From: Antedon mediterranea
Taxonomy: Eukaryota; Animalia; Echinodermata
Direction of reading: 5' to 3'
NCBI RefSeq assembly: GCF_964355755.1
Contig: NC_092676.1
Location: 1,183,788 to 1,247,787, forward strand
Length of the DNA stretch: 64,000 nucleotides
The notes under the pieces were generated by a model that saw only the letters and a list, made by a program, of their open reading frames with translations, ran no database searches and was not told the DNA's origin. Within the stretch, counting starts at the first letter, position 1. Each line of letters starts with the position of its first letter. The position numbers were made by a program, and so were the translations under genes. This document shows positions 54,495 through 64,000 of the stretch, one piece after another.

Positions 54495-54658
54495 GATGAT
54501 GATGATAATAATGATGCTGATGATGATAATGATGATGATGAGGAGGATGAAGATGACGACAATGACAAAATCGTCAGCATGATGATAATAATGATTATGT
54601 TTTTGTTTTTATGATGATGATGATGATGATAATAATAATGATGGTGGTGATGATTATG
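54290..54658 (+). repeat. (GAT)n microsatellite / low complexity
   Basis: Direct reading. Confidence 0.97.
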
Positions 54659-55301
54659 AAAGGGAACATCTTGCTAAAATGCTCAATTCTAAACAATCCC
54701 AATTTTACAAAATATAGGCCTACAGAAAAGTTATGAAAAGAAGATGTCGATTGAGAATAAAAAATAGATTCAGTAATAGAGTAGTAAGGTAGGTAGATTT
54801 GTAATGAAAATCGTTTATATTTGAAACGTGAAATGTTAAGTCGTAGAAAATGGATGTGTTGAATTATGTCTCAACCTACAGTTACCCTGCTGAACATGAT
54901 GGATAAGTCGTCACAGAATCGTCTCACTCCCAAGCTAACCATGTCAACATCATAACTCGCCATTTATTTCTTAATCATATTGTTATCAATAACTCAGAAA
55001 ACTTGGATATATTTTGTAGAAATGTTAAACTAACAGTAACACGTAAGTTTTGTTTATGATATATATACCTGTAAGAAGGAAAGATTATTGTGGAGTTGAA
55101 TCTGAACAAAATGTTTTACCGTACTGTACCATTCGAAGGCAGTTTTCAGGGACCTCATTTTAAAGCCAACATAATTATTGACATAATATTAATAATAGTA
55201 ATAATTAAATACGGTAATAATTATTTAAAGTATTATTGAATTATTAGCAAATATTCACGATTCAATACGTACAGTATATAAGCCAAACTGACAGACACCT
55301 C

Positions 55302-55552
55302 CAATGGGGGTGTGGGTACGTCTATATACCCTTGGTTTTCCTACAATGGGGGTGTGGGTACGTCTATATACCCTTGGTTTTCCTACAATGGGGGTGTGGG
55401 TACGTCTATATACCCTTGGTTTTCCTACAATGGGGTTGTGGGTACGTCTATATACCCTTGGTTTTCCTACAATGGGGGTGTGGGTACGTCTATATACCCT
55501 TGGTTTTCCTCCAATGGGGGTGTGGGTACGTCTATATACCCTTGGTTTTCCT
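55302..55552 (+). repeat. 42-bp minisatellite x6
   Basis: caatgggggtgtgggtacgtctatatacccttggttttccta. Confidence 0.97.
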
Positions 55553-56819
55553 AGATGGGTCTAGAATATATCCCCTTAATAGGGGTTAATAAAATGTAAA
55601 TGAGCAGAGTGTATTTGTATTCAACACATTGCACTACATGTTATTATGGGTCTTTAGTTATTATCAATTCAGTAATTGATTGTTTCCATATTATGCTAAT
55701 CTAGACAGTTTTATTTCAGCTAAAAAATATTAGCAATACTAACGTAGCATGAAATAAATTTATGTTGAGTGTCTCGCAGGTACACCATGAGAAGCAGCAA
55801 CTAGCCTCGTCGTTACCTACAAGCAAACCTTCAGGGAAATAAACAGTGCGCCTCGGTTCAGTAACTCGCTAATATTTTAGAGGAATAGATCATTATAGGC
55901 TTAAACAGTGCTTGAAGGGGGAGGGGGAATAAACGTGCTTTTTTTTAAAAGTGTTATATTGTTCGTTCTTTTCAAAAACGTCTTTAGTCTTAATTTTATT
56001 TATTTGAGACATTAATTATTTGAGATATGATGATAGTATCGGTTCATTTAACAAATCCTCGTTCTAAAATATTTATATACGCGGAACAATCCCGTTAATA
56101 AATTCGATATTTCACAACCTATCCGGTAATAAAGAGAACGGAGCGTAAACGCAAGAATCGCGAGACTAGTGGACCGTTTTTAGAACGAAATCCACAAGAG
56201 ACAAGTCGAATGTCGATAGTCAAACTACTATACAGTAATCACTGTACTATCGTAATACAACAATGTATTGTAAAATTCAGGTAGCCGATGCCAGGAATAC
56301 CACGAGGTATTGTTGGTATAATACAGTTAAAAGACGTTGAAATATTTGCTGGTATATGCTCTTAAATTAAAACAATAATGACTAGCAATGCAATATGGAG
56401 CTGTAACTACCGTATATAAACTCATTTTGTTATGATTGAAATCGTTAGAAAAATACAGATGGGCAATTGAAAGAACTCATAAATAGTTATTTTTAATAAA
56501 TTAATTATTTGAATAATTGTGTTATTATAAAGCCGAGCGACCCACCAGGCAAAGCAATGCGATATACACCGCTTTCTTGTACCGGTACACGATGACCTTC
56601 AGACCTATTATTTGCTTGTTATTTATTTAATCAGAAAGATTTCTTTGTTTTTAAGCATTTTTTAAACAAGTTAACTGGGTCGATTTCTTCTAACCTATGG
56701 TATGAAGATGATACTTATGGAATTTCCACAGGGAATGGGCAAGCTAAACTTGAGTGATAGGTTTTAAAAAAGGATCGAAGTATTGATCGAAACGTTAGAA
56801 ACTCAACAGTTATTTACAG

Positions 56820-56922
56820 AACTATCGTGGTGTAACGCAAACTATCGTGTTGTAACGCAAACTATCGTGGTGTAACGCAACCTATCGTGGTGTAACGCAA
56901 ACTATCGTGGTGTAACGCAAAC
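56820..56922 (+). repeat. 20-bp tandem repeat x5
   Basis: aactatcgtggtgtaacgca. Confidence 0.95.
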
Positions 56923-57729
56923 TTTAGGCTTTAAAAAAATATTTTACCATGCAAAAAAAAGTCTTATTGTCTTGGGATTTTTTTTATTGTTGCCTGAGTA
57001 CCATACGAATTGTATTTTTTTCCTAGCATGTTAAGCTTATTCGGGAGTGTCATGGTGACGTCATTGTTTTTGGATCAATAATTCATCACTTTGTTATAAC
57101 TCAATCTGATATATAACATAGGTGGTATACAATTACATAAATAGACAACGGAAAATTAGTCTGTTTTATACAATGTAGAATCAGGACTTAAAATTAGATA
57201 TCTTCGTGAAGGATACCTTCCAACATTTTGTTGTTTTTTTTGTTGTTACAATGTATCAACTGTTGTTTGTTTTGTTTATTGTCTCTTCATTAGATAACGC
57301 TGCGTTGTTATTTCTTTAAGTCGTCGTCGACATGTGTTGCTTTGATACGACACCGTAAGTCGTCCTACTGTCTTAAGTTTGTCACAATAGTCGCAGTTTT
57401 CCAAAGACCTTGTGAACTCTCGTCACTGACAGGTGACAAAAAAGGATTGTGACAAATTTCTCATTGGATTTGGACAATAAAAATGAATGAATGAACACAA
57501 AAGGAAGTAACTCGTTAGTGTAAAGTGTTACCGGTACAGTATTTCAAAGTAGGCCTACATTATTCATGTTGTGATCATGTTGCTTCCGAGAATCTAAAAA
57601 TATGATATTGCAATCGTGGGTTCGATTCCTGTTAAACCATATATTCTACTCGTGGGTACGATTCTACGTAGGCCTACAAAGTAATTAGTATACAAATCAG
57701 GCCAAATTACATTCGTATGAAGTTAAATT

Positions 57730-58128
57730 CATTGATTAACTCGCTTGCGTTGTGTCTACGTCCTTGCGTTGCGTCTCTAAAGCTTGGTTCCCACTAGCGA
57801 CGCAACACAAGGACGTAACGCAACGCAAGTGAATTGACCAATCACAAGCGATGGCTTATTCGCTTGTGATTGCTATCTGTCTATAACTTCGCTTGTCATT
57901 GGTTAAAACGCTTCCGTTGCGTTTACGTCCTTGCGTTACGTTCTAGTCCCAGTAGAGACATAACACAACGACATAACGCAACGTAAGGGGTTTGACCAAT
58001 CACACGCAATACATTATTCAATGTGTCGCTTGTTATTGGTCATCTTGCTTGCGTTGCGTCTACGTCCTTGCGTTACGTCCTAGTGTTACGTCCTAGTGTG
58101 AACCGAACTTTATAGTGGCAACCAAGCT
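57730..58128. mobile_element. Nested cluster of three family A MITEs
   Basis: Outer right arm split at taa/tta by a young copy (57781-57948) fused to an older copy (to 58109). Confidence 0.8.
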
Positions 58129-59809
58129 TAAGCTTAAACAATGTTCATGATATTGTATAAGTTTTCGATTTACACAAGCTGACCTGTATTGCGTTAGCAC
58201 GGTTCTATTAATGGAATATATGATATCAGCGCTGATCGTGAATATCACGAACTTGTATCTATCAAATTGATAGTTTTTTCAAGTCGACCAGTCTTCGTGT
58301 TTCATCGACGATATATAACATTCTTTCCGTTTTCAGTTTAAAACGTAATATGGGTTAACGCTTTTATTTTTGACCTATGTTAAGTGTTTCACGTTTAGCG
58401 AATTATAACAGAGTAAATGATCACGACATTTTCCGTCCGCCGCACTTCGCTTCGCTATTGTACACGATGATTTACTATTATCAAGTGTGATGCGGTGTTG
58501 AGGGGAGAGCTGGGGGAGGTGTTTGTTTGTTTATACAAAAATTATTCATACAATGAAATATAGCTCATCGCAGATGGAAACCCAACAACAGAGCGCTAAA
58601 TGCGTATACGCTCGGAAATGCTTTCACAAATCTTATGAAATCGAGCGTCATTTTGTACGACGAGCTCATAATTATTATAATAGCCGCAAACAAAGTTTGA
58701 ATAAAACCCGAACGACAGGTGGCGCTGCATCGCGGTACACAGAGTCATTATGGCGTTGGTTGGTGTACCAGAAAAACGAAATTGGCGCTTTAGAAAATAA
58801 GAAAGATTAGGTAAATTCAACATTAAGATTCCTATAGTAATATATTTCTTACGAAGAGTCATAAAATATGACTTATTTTATGTAAAAATGTTATACCACC
58901 ACACCGTGATATCATGGAATGCATTCATTCATAATAGCTATTTTAGGAACGCGCCTACACACCACACCATTGAGTTATAAATAGGCCTACCTCCCTGCTA
59001 ACACTATACACACATGCAGTGTCAGGATGATACTGTAGGATGGCTAAAATGGTAGAATGAAATTAAAGGTATATGGACGGCTAAAAGAAAAATATGGAAA
59101 ACTAAGTGACGATTATTGCTTTCCATCTTAGATGACAAACACAGTATGTAGTATAATTGGAAAGAACTTGTATGTAAGTTTAGCCAATCTTAACTGGAAC
59201 CATTCAATTAACCCTTTCAATATGTTGTTTTTAGTCTTATTTGACAACCTGTAACATTATATCGAAAATGTATCAATCCAGAATACATTTGAATACGAGA
59301 CAGTTGTTGCTATTGGCTCTTCGAACTGGGTATTATACAGGGTCCCAAATATAATGTTAATGCAGGTAGACTTCTAGTGTTTCATGCATGATTGATAGCG
59401 GCCGGAGGACTAACAGCAAAACAGACCATCGTCTGTGGAAAGTAGTCCAGCACTAATGAACCGTTCCTACGCAATGATGAGATAACTCAAAACTACTGAA
59501 AATGATATATCATTTATATAAACTTGGAAATATTATATTTAGTTTATACTATCCATTCATTAATCAGATTTTTTTTTTAAAGTTGATTTCTTTGCTTGTT
59601 TGGTTGTTATTTATTTGGTGTTGTAAGACTGTTAAAACTTGTTATTTTGTTTGATGTTTTTATTTGTGTTTATTTTAATTGCTATTTCAGTATATATTTG
59701 TTTCCTCATAAGCCAGAATTGGCTGGTCTTGTAAACAAGAGAGTGATTAAATAAATACAAATACAAAATACAAAATATAATTTTTGCTTTAAAATTTAAT
59801 GTTGTTATT

Positions 59810-60145
59810 TCATACATTGTGACACCAATATCAAGACTCTGTGATTTGAAGTTACGTAGATATATAAACGTCATGCCATATATGTCAAAGGTCACAAAAT
59901 GGAATTTCCGGTCATGTTTCAACAAAATGTTCAAAAAGTGTAAATATAAACATATATATTTTGAATAATTTGACACCAAATACAGCTGTCTACTACAAGC
60001 GGTTACCGACTTTCAAAAATTGGCGGCCATCTTTTTTAACGTCAAATATTTTTAACCTTTGCGGCAGTCCGATTTGGTATATATTTTTTAAAACCATATT
60101 TTATTATAATTCATTAAAAAAGCATTTTCTTGCATTTTTTGGGGG
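59810..60145. repeat. Unclassified interspersed repeat remnant
   Basis: Two gacaccaa modules and ggcggccatctt, typical of non-autonomous elements of marine invertebrates; no second copy in window. Confidence 0.25.
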
Positions 60146-60994
60146 TTAGGCCCTATATTTTCATATTTTGACCCGACTACCGGTACCGGTCATATCCAGC
60201 GAGTAACTCACCAATTGCAGGATGAACAAATAAATACTTATAAAGTATTTCATTTTAAGATTCAAAAGTGACACAACCATGACACTATAAGGTAAGGTTT
60301 GAACCATGTTCTTTGGGAAGCTAAATCTCCAGTACAAAAATATTAATAAAAATAAATCACCTAGTTTATGAAGCCTACAAATATGAAGTGGTTTGCGAAG
60401 CCTACAAAGAAACAACTAAATAAAAACTTGTGTCGGATGGGGAAAAAAAATGTGTAATGTTCTTTCGAATGGAAGAAGATTCGTAAGTTGATTTGATATC
60501 ATTGAAATAAAATAATTGTCTTGTATAATTAGAAAATTCGATACAAATAGTAATATTATCCCCCAGTAGATTACAAATACACCTTCATTTGTACAGCAGC
60601 CACGCACTAATAGTACAAATGCATCAGTGCAGATCTTTTGCATGTGAACTGCAAGAGTATCTAGTCAAGTGTAGTACAAACAATGCTCCCAAGTTTCACA
60701 AAATTATTACAAGATGGGATTTTTTTACACACCTTAAAACTACTGCATGCCCCCTAATGACACCCGTCTGAATAAGAGCGTGACGTAATTTAGATCACTA
60801 ATTTACTTTCGTTTGTATATGGACATAAACAAATTAAAATGTCTGATTATCAAATACCGTAGCATTCTGTAAATGTTTTTTTTTTGTATTACTTGGTTCA
60901 CACTCTACAATACTAAGATACAGGGGCACGTACGCACAACGCACATAATTAGCACTACATTGATGTTGAACACAGTAAAACATACGCGAGTACC

Positions 60995-61190
60995 TGCGTG
61001 CATTTCTCACGTATAAAATGCGCTGCATGCATTTCTCACGTATAAAATGCGCTGCGTGAATTTCTCACGTATAACATGCGCTGCGTACATTCTCACTTAC
61101 AAAATACGCACTGCATATAATATAGTAACATAAAATACGCGATGCGTATATTGTCATTTAAAGTACGCGCTGCGTACATTGTACTTGTGA
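60995..61190 (+). repeat. 29-bp decaying tandem repeat, ~6 copies
   Basis: tgcatttctcacgtataaaatgcgctgcg. Confidence 0.88.
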
Positions 61191-62342
61191 AATGATTTAT
61201 AGTTATTTAATATTAAATTATGAAACATTGTTAACACACATTTTTTTTTGTAAAACCTGATAAATACAATATCGTCAATTAGTGTCGAGTTTTTGGTAAC
61301 AAACAAAAAACTCGAACGGTGGTCAAATACAAAATGTAGGTATCAATTTGAACTTTTAAAACCTGTGATATTTAAAAGTCAGACATGTTTCAATTAAAAT
61401 ATTTGTTCAGTTATAAACATATATTTTTCAAAAACCATTTAAAATATGACTAGTAACAAAATGACTTAAAGGTACAAAGTGTACCACGTGACCCGGTTAA
61501 TGAGGCGACATTCGCCATTAAGACACTTGAAATAAACATTATATCTTAGTGATTGAATGTGTACTCATGTAGAAAAGACTTAGAATCGTCAGTTATACAG
61601 GTTTAAAATATCACTAGATACAAATGATATAGTCATTCGATACGGGAGTTTGAAGTCGAATATACCACGAATGCGATGCAACGCTCGTTTGCGTACGCTT
61701 CGCAAAATAATGTCAAAAATCATTGGGTTTATGTATGAAACAATTATATCTCTCAGCATCAGATAAGTATTTTTCCAATTCATTATGTACTCGATCGCTC
61801 ACAAATGAAATTTCACACCACGATTCATACAGTTCGTCGTATACAATTATAACTATTTTACGTGTGTAATGTAATCCACTCGCTGCTATGTTTTTATTTC
61901 TCCACTTTTTATGACAACTAAGAGGGTAGGATTTATGACCTCGATTCTTTTTAAACGATACTTTTAAAAATTAAGATTAAAAGAGGGTGTATATAATATC
62001 CATAAATATATTGCCTTATCTCATGATTTAATATTTCAACTTGTATGAATTAATACAGTATTTTATAATAAATATAAGTAATGTTAATGAATCGTACAAA
62101 TTACAAGACTCGGCTAATTTCTGGTCGAAAAACCTCATATCACCTCCTGCTACGCAATTATTAGAATCCTACACATTTATATAGCATTGCTATAAAATGT
62201 ATGACAATGGCGTACTACACCTCTTAAATACAGAATCACACATTGTAAGATGACCAGATAATAATGTATACCAATTTAGAGTCCTACAATAATTGTAAAA
62301 AATAGAGGATGTGTGGAAAGTTCTTGAATGATGATAAAAACA

Positions 62343-62572
62343 ATGGCCGCGGCGAACTGGTTGGGGTGTGGATTTGTCATAAGACAAGGTTGTCGATGTA
62401 TGAGGCACACATCGATTTTAATAATCGTATTAGTATTTGTGTATAGTATCTGTCCGTTAGTCTGTATTGCCAGCTGTCTTGACCACAAGAATGGATGGCT
62501 TCACACGACAACGTGTTCTTTATGGTCAGTTTACGACTTTACTTTGAAAATAGAAAACAATGGTAATAATAC
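62343..62572 (+). CDS. Candidate first coding exon of an unidentified secreted or membrane protein
   Basis: aaaacaATGG start context, hydrophobic ILIIVLVFVYSICPLVCIA, open frame up to AC|gtaaga donor; no recognisable homology. Confidence 0.3.
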
Positions 62573-62769
62573 GTAAGAGTTAATTATAGCAGACATAACT
62601 AAATTAACAAAACGCAGATGGTACGTGGGATACTTTTCCGAAACTTAGACGTAACTCGAAAAGAAAGTTGTTTTCCGTATAAGCCGTCAATCTGAACATT
62701 CTACAGTGACTGTGTTTCTCAGTAGTTAGTTCTGGGGATCCTGTACGCGATCGCATCCTGTGCCGCGCC

Positions 62770-62930
62770 TCTGCACAACGTAACGCAGTGATGTACGCGC
62801 AACGCAAGTAGGCCTCATTTTTAACCAATCACTGACGAAGGATCATAAACTGTCGTTTGGGATTTGGTTTAGAATTATTTGAGTTGCGCATCCGATCGCT
62901 TGCGTCGAATCGTTGTGGGAGAAGCAAACT
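62770..62930. mobile_element. MITE family A, degraded
   Basis: gcaacgcaagta...aaccaatcac...ctgtcgtttgggatttggtt...ttgcg...gtggga. Confidence 0.55.
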
Positions 62931-64000
62931 CAATTGTTCTTCTATCAATTTACGCTAAAGTAAAAAGAAACTCTCAATTGATCGTTAAATTTCAGATCGC
63001 CACACACATGTCCAGCTGTTACCATAGAAACAATCTCTTAGTTTCTATCTAATCAATAGCAAACCAGTAATAACGATTATGTCACACGACTAGGCCTACA
63101 TCAACTTTAGACAATAAACTAAATAATACATCAATTATTATATTATATATATATATTATTATATTTTAGAATATCAGATCCTACAAAAATAAATATGGTA
63201 TGGTCACTCGAAGGTCAATACAAAGACTGACACGTGACACAGATAAAACAGAAACAAAACAATTTCGGACTTCCTAAGAAATCGTATGAAAGATACAACA
63301 CTAAAGACCGTTCTTCCAGATGATGTGTCCAAAAATAAAGTAAATTACATTTCTTTGTATTGTGTACTTTCGAAGGCCAAAATGCGTATCTATTTTTCAA
63401 GGTCTCTATATGGAGCCAACCATGACACTAAACAATAAGACTGAGGTAAACAATAAACAAAAACAATGTGATCAGTCTTATGCATTCGTTTTCGATTTTA
63501 AGAGCATGCGAAAATTATATTTTTAGAAAATACAAATAATGACGTCAGATTTTCCAGGTGTTGCGTGATTTGACGATTTCCACTTTTTTTATATAACACG
63601 TCATGTCACGTGACGGTATCCTATGATTGACAGCAATAATTCTATCTAGGATTTTTATTTTATGTTTATTATATGAATGAAAGTGTAATTGATAATACAA
63701 TTTTGTGTAATTAATAAAATTAAATTTAATAATTAAACTAAAAGACAGCAAAATGTACTCGTAGCTGAGATTGCTCTCTACTTTACTAAAACCGGGTTAA
63801 ATGTCAGTGATATGTATTTGTTTGTCCATGAACAATAATCTCTCTTTGTTTTGTGTTACAGTGGCCTATTTTCAATAATCATTAAATTACTCTGGACCTC
63901 CTAATTTATCCTATTTTATTAAAAATAATATGTATTGCAGTAATCCTGAACGCGAGAAAATCGTTTTACTAGCGATGGCTGTACGAAACGCCCTAGCTCA

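Noticed and set aside
54282-54614. Poly-Asp/poly-Met/poly-Ser ORFs
   Set aside because: Translations of a (GAT)n microsatellite.
55304-55589. Three-frame repetitive ORFs
   Set aside because: Stop-free 42-bp minisatellite; no coding evidence.

Overview
AT-rich invertebrate animal genomic DNA, not prokaryotic; gene style and repeats suggest a marine deuterostome such as an echinoderm (inference). Two protein-coding genes are clear. (1) The 3' part of a spliced subtilisin/kexin-type proprotein convertase: five exons at 1355-12797 (+) with oxyanion Asn, catalytic Ser, P domain with RRGD and a soluble tail. Its Asp/His exons lie upstream of the window. (2) An intronless class III POU gene (Brn1/2/4-like) at 46015-47244 (+), in a gene desert of about 50 kb. 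The rest is two families of TWA-flanked PIF/Harbinger-type MITEs (several nested), tRNA-derived SINEs, LINE 3' tails, many minisatellites and a ~400-bp duplication. No CRISPR array, rRNA or convincing functional tRNA. Best leads: a convertase whose acidic S4/S5 substrate pocket is neutralised; a partly duplicated cluster of Hairy/E(spl) (GGCACGCGAC) and Sox sites upstream of the POU3 gene; and internal evidence that the very frequent TAGGCCTA palindromes are 6-bp insertions at TA sites, possibly transposon excision footprints. Coordinates were counted by eye and repeat boundaries are approximate.
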